From a virus: a stretch of 64,000 nucleotides of DNA. Position numbers and translations under genes: made by a program. Below the pieces are notes generated by a model that was not told where the DNA came from, did no database searches, and saw only the letters and a program-made list of their open reading frames with translations. The first letter of the stretch is position 1. Each line of letters begins with the position of its first letter. This document shows positions 39,783 to 47,348 of this stretch, in pieces. The stretch spans positions 28,750 to 92,749 of the IMG/VR virus record IMGVR_UViG_3300030104_002385. One strand, 5' to 3'.

Positions 39783-39790
39783 TATAAATA
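39783..39790 (+). promoter_or_regulatory. Late promoter consensus (TATAAATA) immediately after the gp23 stop
   Basis: Exact consensus, but located upstream of a terminator. Confidence 0.5.
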
Positions 39791-39810
39791 TCTCGGTTCG
39801 AGATGGATCA

Positions 39811-39839
39811 AGAGAGACCCTACGGGGTCTCTTTTTTTT
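39811..39839 (+). terminator. Rho-independent terminator after gp23
   Basis: AGAGACCC-TACG-GGGTCTCT followed by a T tract. Confidence 0.9.
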
Positions 39840-39872
39840 GCCTAAATATTTTTATAATTGTAGTGAGTGACT

Positions 39873-40043
39873 ATGCAATTCAACGAAAAGGAAATGAACC
39901 GCATCTTATTGGCATGCGAATATTATCAACATTATCAAACTGGTGCAAAAAAACAGGAGTACGAAAAGATCATTGGTAAACTCCATAGTTATGAAGAAGA
40001 ATATGAATGTCCTGATTGTGTCATTTGTTCTTTACATATGTAA
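39873..40043 (+). CDS. Small protein with C-terminal CxxC (56 aa; not in ORF track)
   Basis: MQFNEKEMNRILLACEYY...YECPDCVICSLHM*. Confidence 0.6.
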   Translation: MQFNEKEMNRILLACEYYQHYQTGAKKQEYEKIIGKLHSYEEEYECPDCVICSLHM

Positions 40044-40076
40044 GACCTTGTGGTATATTAGAAAGGTATATACCCT

Positions 40077-40232
40077 ATGAAAATGAGCGAAGAATTTACA
40101 CGCATTGCTAATTCACTGGAAAGAATTGCTAATGCATTAGAACATCTTCATATTGAGAAGATTGATCATGCTCACATAGATGACATCGGTGAGATACATG
40201 GTGATGTAGTAACCCATCCTAAACAATTTTAA
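40077..40232 (+). CDS. Small His-rich protein (51 aa; not in ORF track)
   Basis: MKMSEEFTRIANSLERIANALEHLHIEKIDHAHIDDIGEIHGDVVTHPKQF*. Confidence 0.65.
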   Translation: MKMSEEFTRIANSLERIANALEHLHIEKIDHAHIDDIGEIHGDVVTHPKQF

Positions 40233-40234
40233 TT

Positions 40235-40459
40235 ATGCCTCAGCAAACCATTAAGTTTATTATCGCACAAGACGGTACAGTTACCGAAGAGGTGCAAGGT
40301 GCTGAGTCAAAGCAGTGCCTAGATATTACACTACCATTTGAAGAAGCACTTGGTACAGTTTCAACACGAGAACTCAAACCAGAATACTATGTCACACTTC
40401 AGCAAAATCAAAACGAAGATCAAAGACAAACCAGCATTAATTCAAGCACTGATGCTTGA
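40235..40459 (+). CDS. DUF2997 family protein (cyanobacterial type)
   Basis: 'QQTIKF.I.QDG.V.EEVQG.....C...T..FEEALG.V....LKPEYY'. Confidence 0.8.
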   Translation: MPQQTIKFIIAQDGTVTEEVQGAESKQCLDITLPFEEALGTVSTRELKPEYYVTLQQNQNEDQRQTSINSSTDA

Positions 40460-40772
40460 TGGTTTGCCAGTTGATATTAATAGAGAGTTAGTAAATCCTA
40501 TAGGACATGATCATGAGAAAATAAGATGTGAGGTAACTATAGGTGATGACATAGGGTTTGTTTGGAATAAGCAAACTCAATGTTATGAATTAATTACTGA
40601 TAGACAAACTTGGTCTCGTAAGATACCAATAGAAAGATTTCTTGAAAAGATTACACAGTTGTATTGTATACAATTACTAACTAGTGTTGCTAAGTCTCAA
40701 GGATTTAAAGTAGAAAGTCAAAAGATTGATTCTAGTAATGCTGTTGAACTAGTTGTTAATCGGTGGGTATAA
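40389..40772 (+). CDS. ycf35: Ycf35 / DUF1257 family protein
   Basis: Start MSHFSKIKTKI at 40389; 'DIGFVWN.....YELITD.QTW....P.ERFL.K.TQ.Y', 'ELVVNRW'. Confidence 0.85.
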   Translation: MSHFSKIKTKIKDKPALIQALMLDGLPVDINRELVNPIGHDHEKIRCEVTIGDDIGFVWNKQTQCYELITDRQTWSRKIPIERFLEKITQLYCIQLLTSVAKSQGFKVESQKIDSSNAVELVVNRWV

Positions 40773-40775
40773 ATA
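40768..40775 (+). promoter_or_regulatory. Late promoter (TATAAATA)
   Basis: Exact consensus upstream of gp3. Confidence 0.75.
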
Positions 40776-40795
40776 ATTAAAAAAGTACTGCTATA

Positions 40796-41341
40796 ATGGC
40801 AAACTGGTATCAAGATCAAATAACAAATAAGAACTTTCTTTCCCCAATAGGATTTATTTTCCTATTAGAAAAAGCAAAGAAGGTTTCTTTTCTATGCCAA
40901 AAAGCAGAGATCCCATCATTGTCTGTAGGTAATATAGATATTCCTACTAGAGGTATGGCACGTATTCCAATTGAAGGTAATATTGTTTATGGTGATCTTT
41001 CTCTTGAGTTTGTAGTTGATGAAGATCTACAAAACTATATGGAGATCCATAATTGGATAAGAGCATTAGGTACACCACAAGATTTTAAAGAAAGAAGAGA
41101 TTGGGTTAATAAATTTTCTAATCAAGAAAGTGATGCTAGGTTCTCAGATGCTACACTACAAGTTTTAAACAATAACAATCTTGTCAATTTTGATGTTGTA
41201 TTTAAACAATTGTTCCCTATTGAATTAACTTCTCTACCATTTGATGTAACACAAACTGATAATGAATATTTTACTGCAACAGCAATGTTTAAGTATATGA
41301 CCTACGAAGTAAGAAATAAGAATAGTCAGAAGAGAAGGTAG
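40796..41341 (+). CDS. gp3: Tail tube terminator/completion protein gp3
   Basis: 'NFLSPIGF', 'L.F.VDEDLQNYMEIHNW', 'SDATL', 'FP..L'. Confidence 0.88.
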   Translation: MANWYQDQITNKNFLSPIGFIFLLEKAKKVSFLCQKAEIPSLSVGNIDIPTRGMARIPIEGNIVYGDLSLEFVVDEDLQNYMEIHNWIRALGTPQDFKERRDWVNKFSNQESDARFSDATLQVLNNNNLVNFDVVFKQLFPIELTSLPFDVTQTDNEYFTATAMFKYMTYEVRNKNSQKRR

Positions 41342-41370
41342 TTGCAAAATTTATAAATCTGTGCTAAGGT
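41342..41370 (+). promoter_or_regulatory. Possible sigma70-like promoter for the uvsY/uvsW operon
   Basis: TTGCAA-N17-TAAGGT with a TG extension. Confidence 0.4.
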
Positions 41371-41410
41371 ACTAAGGTCTATACATATTGTGGTATGGGA
41401 GGTATAACCA

Positions 41411-41680
41411 ATGGGATTAAGAAAGGGAGATCACCCAAGAAAAGAACCAATCACCGAATGGGATGATAGCAATTGGAGAGAGGAGCAGAAAGCTTACACT
41501 ACCAATAAGCATGAATTAGAATTACTAGAGAATGGTCCTAAAAGTCTTTCTCAATCATGGTTACTGAGTGCATTGAGACAAAAATGGATGAAGAGGAATA
41601 ACTATGGTTATCCAGAACCACCTGATGTATCATCATCAATGAAAGAATTTTTTGCTAAAACTAAGGATCAAGGTATATGA
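41411..41680 (+). CDS. Conserved cyanophage hypothetical protein
   Basis: GGAGG RBS; 'DSNWREE', 'LLENGPKSLSQSW', 'PEPPDVSSS'. Confidence 0.7.
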   Translation: MGLRKGDHPRKEPITEWDDSNWREEQKAYTTNKHELELLENGPKSLSQSWLLSALRQKWMKRNNYGYPEPPDVSSSMKEFFAKTKDQGI

Positions 41681-41958
41681 TATTCTGGATTGGTTTCACT
41701 CTCATGTTTTTCAATGAGGGTTTTGTTATGATGAGACACGTATCTCCGTGGTTCGGAAAACAGAGAGATAAATTTATTGATAAGTACGGTGCTAATGTAT
41801 GGTATAGATTTCATGGTACATTAGATTATACTTGGATAGGACTGGTAACCATTGGATTAATAGTTCATCCTAATAGGTTGTTGCATACAGCAGCATTAGG
41901 AATATTTTGGACTACTTCATTTTTAGTATTCTATGCACCAAGGTGGATTAAAAGATAA
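41677..41958 (+). CDS. Hypothetical membrane protein
   Basis: Hydrophobic segments; ATGA/TAATG coupling on both sides. Confidence 0.65.
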   Translation: MIFWIGFTLMFFNEGFVMMRHVSPWFGKQRDKFIDKYGANVWYRFHGTLDYTWIGLVTIGLIVHPNRLLHTAALGIFWTTSFLVFYAPRWIKR

Positions 41959-42386
41959 TGAATTTAGAAAATCTTCAGGAGATGTGGAAGACTGATAGTG
42001 TCATAGATCCTGATAAGTATGGTGAGGAATCTGTAAGGATCCCTCAACTCCATCAAAGATGGATGGCATTTTATAATACATTTTCTCTAATGAAGAAAGA
42101 AAGAGAAGGTGAAATGAAAGGTTTAGTTAAACAGAAGTGGATATATTATAAAGGAAAGGCACCTGCTACAGTGTATAGAGAGGTGCCTTTTGATTTTAAA
42201 CTGACTACTAGAGAAGAAATTAATATGTTTATTGACGGTGATGAAGAGGTCAGAAAACTTCAGTACAAGATAGACTATATAGAACAAGTGATATTCTTTC
42301 TCGATGGTGTTTTGCGACAGATAAATGGTCGTAACTTTCAGATTAAAAATGCTATTGAATGGGATAAGTTTCAATCTGGTATGTAA
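41958..42386 (+). CDS. uvsY: Recombination mediator UvsY
   Basis: 'IPQLH', 'W.YYKGKA', 'R.FQIKNAIEW.KF'; upstream of uvsW. Confidence 0.88.
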   Translation: MNLENLQEMWKTDSVIDPDKYGEESVRIPQLHQRWMAFYNTFSLMKKEREGEMKGLVKQKWIYYKGKAPATVYREVPFDFKLTTREEINMFIDGDEEVRKLQYKIDYIEQVIFFLDGVLRQINGRNFQIKNAIEWDKFQSGM

Positions 42387-42958
42387 TGAATTACGGCAAG
42401 TATTTTAAATTAGTAACTTTTAATCAGCAATCGTTAAACACTGTAAGAACTGCTATAGCAGGTGCTGATTTAGATTTTATTCCTGCAACTCTTTATAACA
42501 ATAAAGAAAACGAAGGTACTGGAACAAAAAGAAATAGTCAAGTAACATGGTTGAAAGATCAAAAACTTTCGACCATGCTAATGAAAATGGTACAGGTAAT
42601 AAATGAAAGTGCTGGATGGAATTTTAATATAACTGGTGTAGAACCTGTACAGTTTGGTGTCTATCCTAAAGGTGGTTTATATGATTGGCACGTTGATCAA
42701 CACCCTAGACCCATTCGTGGTGTTGTTAGAAAAATAAGTATGACCCTCTTTATGAGTGACCCTGAAGAGTATGAGGGAGGGGAGTTTGATTTGGAGATAT
42801 ATAAACCAGGGACTAATCCAAGATACGAAACCTTTAAAGGTAAGAAAGGTTCTGCTATATTTTTTCCTTCTGGAAAATGGCATAGAGTACGTCCTGTAAC
42901 ATCTGATGATGTGAGAAAATCTATTGTGGCATGGTTTTATGGATCTCCTTATACGTAA
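42386..42958 (+). CDS. 2OG-Fe(II) oxygenase (prolyl-4-hydroxylase-like)
   Basis: 'YDWHVD', 'RKISMT', 'YEGGEF', 'FPS..WHRVRPVT...RKSIVAW'. Confidence 0.9.
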   Translation: MNYGKYFKLVTFNQQSLNTVRTAIAGADLDFIPATLYNNKENEGTGTKRNSQVTWLKDQKLSTMLMKMVQVINESAGWNFNITGVEPVQFGVYPKGGLYDWHVDQHPRPIRGVVRKISMTLFMSDPEEYEGGEFDLEIYKPGTNPRYETFKGKKGSAIFFPSGKWHRVRPVTSDDVRKSIVAWFYGSPYT

Positions 42959-44408
42959 GAAGAATGAAGTTTATTTAAAAGTTGATGCAGAACCTCATCT
43001 CAAACAAGAGTTAACAGAATATTTTACCTTTGAAATTCCCTCTGCAAAGTACATGCAGAAGACGAGAAGATACAAAGGTTGGGATGGTAAGGTGCGTTTA
43101 TTCTCACCTGCTACTGGGGAAATTTATTGCGGTTTAGTAGACTATCTAACTGACTGGGCAACTGAAAGGGGATATCAATATCAGGTTTTGGAAAGTCAAC
43201 ACTTTGGATTTCCAAAGGAAGAGAACTCTCTGGTAACGCCTCAGTCTGTAGTTCAATTTGTTCGAGCTTTAAAGCTTCCTGTGAAGGCTCGTGATTACCA
43301 ATACGCAGCAATATACGAGTGCCTAAAATACAACAGAAGACTCCTATTGTCGCCAACTGCAAGCGGGAAATCGTTAATGATTTATGCATTAGTTCGGTTC
43401 CATGTAAATGTTAAGAGGAATATACTTATTATAGTACCAACTACGTCTCTTGTCGAGCAAATGTATAAAGATTTTACACAGTATGGTTGGAACGCTGAGT
43501 ACCACTGCCATAAAATATACGGTGGACAAGATAAATATGTGCAGAATGATGTAGTTATATCAACTTGGCAGTCTATCTATAAGGAACCAAGGAAATTTTT
43601 TGAAAGGTTTGATGTTGTGATTGGTGATGAAGCTCATTTATTTAAAGCTAAATCACTTACTACAATTATGAATAAGTTACATGGATGTAAGTATCGTATT
43701 GGATTTACTGGTACGTTAGATGGAACAGACTGTAATCAATTAGTATTAGAAGGTGTGTTTGGTAAATGTTCTAAGGTTACTAAGACATCTGAGTTGATGA
43801 AGAAAGGACATGTTGCTAAATTAAATGTTAACGTCATTGTACTTAAACATCAAGAACAAATCTTTGATGGGTATCAAGATGAGATGGATTACCTTTGTGA
43901 ACATGAACAACGTAATAAATTTATCCGTAACTTAGCGTGTGACCTTAAGGGAAACACATTGGTACTATTCAACTATGTTGAGAAGCACGGTCTACCTTTG
44001 TATGACATGATAAATAGTCATACCGACAGACCAGTACATTTAGTTTATGGTGGAGTGGATGTCGATGACCGAGAACATATACGGAGTTTAGTTGAAAATG
44101 AAGATGATCAAATCATTGTTGCCAGTTATGGCACTTTCAGTACTGGGATTAACATTAGGCGGTTGCACAACCTCGTCTTCGCCAGTCCCTCCAAGTCCAG
44201 AGTCAGAAATCTCCAATCTATCGGGAGGGTACTTCGACAGTCTAGGGGAAAAGAAGTAGCAACTTTGTATGATATCGCAGACGATATTAGTAGAGACAAT
44301 GGGAAGAATTATACTCTTCTCCATCTCTTTGAGAGATTAAAAATTTACAAAGAAGAAAATTTTAATTATGACATTGTAGAGATTAAACTCAAAACTAATG
44401 ACACTTAA
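42939..44408 (+). CDS. uvsW: Helicase UvsW
   Basis: 'SPTASGKS', 'GDEAH', 'GFTGT', 'QSIGRVLR'. Confidence 0.95.
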   Translation: MDLLIRKKNEVYLKVDAEPHLKQELTEYFTFEIPSAKYMQKTRRYKGWDGKVRLFSPATGEIYCGLVDYLTDWATERGYQYQVLESQHFGFPKEENSLVTPQSVVQFVRALKLPVKARDYQYAAIYECLKYNRRLLLSPTASGKSLMIYALVRFHVNVKRNILIIVPTTSLVEQMYKDFTQYGWNAEYHCHKIYGGQDKYVQNDVVISTWQSIYKEPRKFFERFDVVIGDEAHLFKAKSLTTIMNKLHGCKYRIGFTGTLDGTDCNQLVLEGVFGKCSKVTKTSELMKKGHVAKLNVNVIVLKHQEQIFDGYQDEMDYLCEHEQRNKFIRNLACDLKGNTLVLFNYVEKHGLPLYDMINSHTDRPVHLVYGGVDVDDREHIRSLVENEDDQIIVASYGTFSTGINIRRLHNLVFASPSKSRVRNLQSIGRVLRQSRGKEVATLYDIADDISRDNGKNYTLLHLFERLKIYKEENFNYDIVEIKLKTNDT

Positions 44409-44853
44409 CTACGCTAAACACGAAGAAGAATTTCACGGAGTATTTAAACTTGTCAGTGGTGAGGAGATCCTTGCGAAAGCAGTGCTTACTGTAGAAGACT
44501 ATGGTGGTACAGATGCAAAGGAAAGTTTAGCATTTCTACAAGACCCAGTATGTATTCAAATTGTTGACAAACCAATAAGTGAGAACAAGATGATGAGAGG
44601 CATGGGGTTTCATAAATGGATGAATATGTCTGACGAGGAATTTTTTATAATACGTGAAAAAGATATCTTGAGTGTCGCATCGATGAGTAAAGAAATTATT
44701 TTTATGTATGAGGCATTTATAAAAAGTTTAGAACCTGAAGATAAGGTTAGAGAAAGAACTACTAAAAGAAGATCTAGTGCAGAAGACGCAACAGGTTATC
44801 TCGGTAGGATAGATAATGCAAGAAAACTATTTGAAAAATTATATAATACATAA
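44398..44853 (+). CDS. Conserved hypothetical protein (Sm-like fold N-terminus)
   Basis: 'FKLVSGEEILA'; usual position between uvsW and gp55. Confidence 0.65.
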   Translation: MTLNYAKHEEEFHGVFKLVSGEEILAKAVLTVEDYGGTDAKESLAFLQDPVCIQIVDKPISENKMMRGMGFHKWMNMSDEEFFIIREKDILSVASMSKEIIFMYEAFIKSLEPEDKVRERTTKRRSSAEDATGYLGRIDNARKLFEKLYNT

Positions 44854-44879
44854 TATATCCCTCAACCCTTGACATGGTT

Positions 44880-44908
44880 AGTCTACAGGTGATTGACATT
44901 CTTGTCAA
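44880..44908 (-). promoter_or_regulatory. Antisense sigma70-like promoter
   Basis: Minus strand TTGACA (44908-44903)-N17-TAGACT (44885-44880). Confidence 0.6.
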
Positions 44909-44921
44909 GCCCTGTTACAAT
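44893..44921 (+). promoter_or_regulatory. Sigma70-like promoter of gp55
   Basis: TTGACA-N17-TACAAT. Confidence 0.8.
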
Positions 44922-44943
44922 ATAATCAAAGGAAAAAAACCAT

Positions 44944-45414
44944 ATGAGGCGTACCACAAAAAAGAAAGAGCATTACGTTAATAACGCTGAGTTTCTTGCT
45001 GCTATTGTAAAGTACAAGGATAAGGTTAATATTGCCAAGGAGAAAGGTCTTCCTAAACCCCGTGTCAATAATTATATCGGTGGATGTTTTTTAAAGATAG
45101 CACAACATCTATCGTATAGACCAAACTTTATCAACTACATGTATAAAGATGATATGGTTTGCGATGGTATAGAAAATTGTATACAATACATAGATAACTT
45201 TGATCCTGCTAAAAGTAAAAATCCATTTGCTTATTTTACACAAATAGTGTACTATGCGTTTCTACGTCGTATTGCTAAGGAGAAACGACAGATGGACATC
45301 AAAGAAAAAATCTTAGAGAAGTCTGGGTTTGAGCATGTCTTCTCAGTTGATGGTGAAGCAACTGCTGATATGGCACAAATTAAAAATCGTGTTGAGATGA
45401 ATACCAAAAGATAA
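44944..45414 (+). CDS. gp55: Late transcription sigma factor gp55
   Basis: 'HYVNNAEFL', 'RPNFINY', 'NFDP.KSKNPFAYFTQI'. Confidence 0.95.
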   Translation: MRRTTKKKEHYVNNAEFLAAIVKYKDKVNIAKEKGLPKPRVNNYIGGCFLKIAQHLSYRPNFINYMYKDDMVCDGIENCIQYIDNFDPAKSKNPFAYFTQIVYYAFLRRIAKEKRQMDIKEKILEKSGFEHVFSVDGEATADMAQIKNRVEMNTKR

Positions 45415-46064
45415 TGTATCCGATAACTATCGTTGATGATTTCTTTCCAAATCCAGATAAGATTCTAGAGTATTGTAAAACTCTAGAATTTCAACCTGAT
45501 CCTAGAGGTCAATGGCCAGGTAAAAGAACACAAACATTAGAAGTTCTCAATCCTGATTTGAATAATTATATTTGTCAGAGGATTTTAAGAAATTGGTATC
45601 ACACCTATCAGATGAACTGGGGTGCTGCACTTAATTTTCAAATGGTAGAACCATTCCATGATGATCAATATCATATTCAAAATCATGGGTGGGTACATGT
45701 GGATGACGATGTTAAATTTGGTGGTATAATATATTTGAACAAATATCCAGAACCTGATACTGGAACAAGTATATATGAAGAACACAATGGATATGCTTGG
45801 TGTCAACCTAAAGACAACGATGCACAGTGTAAATTTTATAGAGGAGAACCAATTAAGGATGAGGAGTATAAGGAATCATATGATAGATTTCATTCACAAT
45901 ACACAGAAACTGTAAGAGTTAGTAATGTATACAACAGAATGTTTTGTTTCAACAATCAAACTCCACATGGGATGCAAACGTTTGGTAAAAATCAAACAAG
46001 ATTAACTCTCGCATTCTTCTTCCATGAAGTAATGGGACCAAACCCTCCATACCATAGGTGTTAG
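45414..46064 (+). CDS. 2OG-Fe(II) oxygenase-like protein
   Basis: 'IVDDFF.NP', 'WPGKRT', 'GWVHVD', 'IIYL', 'NVYNR', 'PHG', 'RLTL.FF'. Confidence 0.8.
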   Translation: MYPITIVDDFFPNPDKILEYCKTLEFQPDPRGQWPGKRTQTLEVLNPDLNNYICQRILRNWYHTYQMNWGAALNFQMVEPFHDDQYHIQNHGWVHVDDDVKFGGIIYLNKYPEPDTGTSIYEEHNGYAWCQPKDNDAQCKFYRGEPIKDEEYKESYDRFHSQYTETVRVSNVYNRMFCFNNQTPHGMQTFGKNQTRLTLAFFFHEVMGPNPPYHRC

Positions 46065-46065
46065 T

Positions 46066-47097
46066 ATGAAAGTTTTATTAATTACAGATCAACACTTTGG
46101 TGTTCGTAATGACAATCTACATTTTGTAGAGCACTATAGAAGGTTCTATAGTAAAATTGTTATACCTTTTATTAAAGCATCAGGTATTAAAGAGATTATA
46201 AATCTAGGTGATACCTTTGATAAACGTAGGTCTATTAATTACATGTCTCTCGAAGCAGCGAAGGAGATGTGGTTTGACCCTATTAAAGAATTGGGATGTA
46301 ACATGACTGCCTTGATTGGCAATCACGACATATATTATAAGAACACATTAAGAATTAACTCACCAGAAGAGTTGCTCGGAGGATATGATATAGATGTTAT
46401 CGATGAACCCACTACCCGTAATTATGACGGTACTGACATTCTATTTCTTCCTTGGATATGTGATGAGAACAGTGACAGAACCTTACGAAGCATCACAGAA
46501 AGTACTGCACCTCTCTGCATGGGCCATCTTGAGCTTAACGGTTTTGAAGCTCATCCAGGTCATGTAATGGATAATGGTATTGATATGAATATCTTTAGTA
46601 AGTTTAATAAGGTATTCTCTGGTCACTATCATACAAAATCTAATAAAAATAATTGTTATTATCTTGGTAACCCTTATCAGTTGTATTGGAATGATTATGC
46701 ACAGAAGAGAGGGTTTCATGTTTTAGATACTGATACTCATAAGACAACATTTTATAGAAATCCCTTTGACACTTTCTATAAGTTGTACTATAATAATGGT
46801 GTTGATATACCAGATGAAAATGAACTGAAGGGTACCTTTGTTAAACTCATAGTAGAAAACAAAGGTGATTATTCCAAGTTTGATTATGCAGTAAGAAAAC
46901 TTCAAGACATTGGTCTTGCTGATCTTAAGATTGTAGAAGATCTAAGTGTTGATCTTGAGAGTGGTTCTTCAGTCGTAGAGACCGAAGATACTATGACTTT
47001 ATTGGACAACTACATAGATGAGATAGATCTTAAAGTCAGTAAGGATAGTGTTAAGAACATTATGCGATCTCTATACATGGAAGCCTCGGAACTCTGA
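46066..47097 (+). CDS. gp47: Recombination endonuclease subunit gp47 (Mre11/SbcD-like)
   Basis: 'TDQHFG', 'LGDTFD', 'GNHD', 'SGHYH'. Confidence 0.95.
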   Translation: MKVLLITDQHFGVRNDNLHFVEHYRRFYSKIVIPFIKASGIKEIINLGDTFDKRRSINYMSLEAAKEMWFDPIKELGCNMTALIGNHDIYYKNTLRINSPEELLGGYDIDVIDEPTTRNYDGTDILFLPWICDENSDRTLRSITESTAPLCMGHLELNGFEAHPGHVMDNGIDMNIFSKFNKVFSGHYHTKSNKNNCYYLGNPYQLYWNDYAQKRGFHVLDTDTHKTTFYRNPFDTFYKLYYNNGVDIPDENELKGTFVKLIVENKGDYSKFDYAVRKLQDIGLADLKIVEDLSVDLESGSSVVETEDTMTLLDNYIDEIDLKVSKDSVKNIMRSLYMEASEL

Positions 47098-47348
47098 TGT
47101 TTATTCTAACTGAAAAAGAAACTGGTGGTGTGTATTCTCAAAAGGATAAGAATAACGTTAGAACAGTAGTATCTTTTGTACAGAAGGATGATGCTGAACG
47201 TTATAAAACTCTTTTAGAGGCTAATGATTATGCACATCCATTAGAATTAATGGAGATAGATGAGGAATCTGTTGCTGTTAATTGTGATAATTTTGGTTAT
47301 CAATATTCAGTTGTTTCTAAAGATGAATTGATTATCCCTAAAGTATGA
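47097..47348 (+). CDS. DUF3110-like small protein
   Basis: 'GVYS.......V..F..KDDAERY..LLEA' pattern. Confidence 0.6.
   Translation: MFILTEKETGGVYSQKDKNNVRTVVSFVQKDDAERYKTLLEANDYAHPLELMEIDEESVAVNCDNFGYQYSVVSKDELIIPKV

Noticed and set aside
39791-39810. GGTTCGA T-loop-like sequence suggesting a tRNA
   Set aside because: No cloverleaf, acceptor stem or anticodon arm can be formed; the segment is too short.
44774-44875. 33-codon minus-strand ORF (MSRVEGY...) downstream of the antisense promoter
   Set aside because: The ATG lies only about 5 nt from the -10 element, at or before the expected TSS, with no RBS; more likely non-coding.
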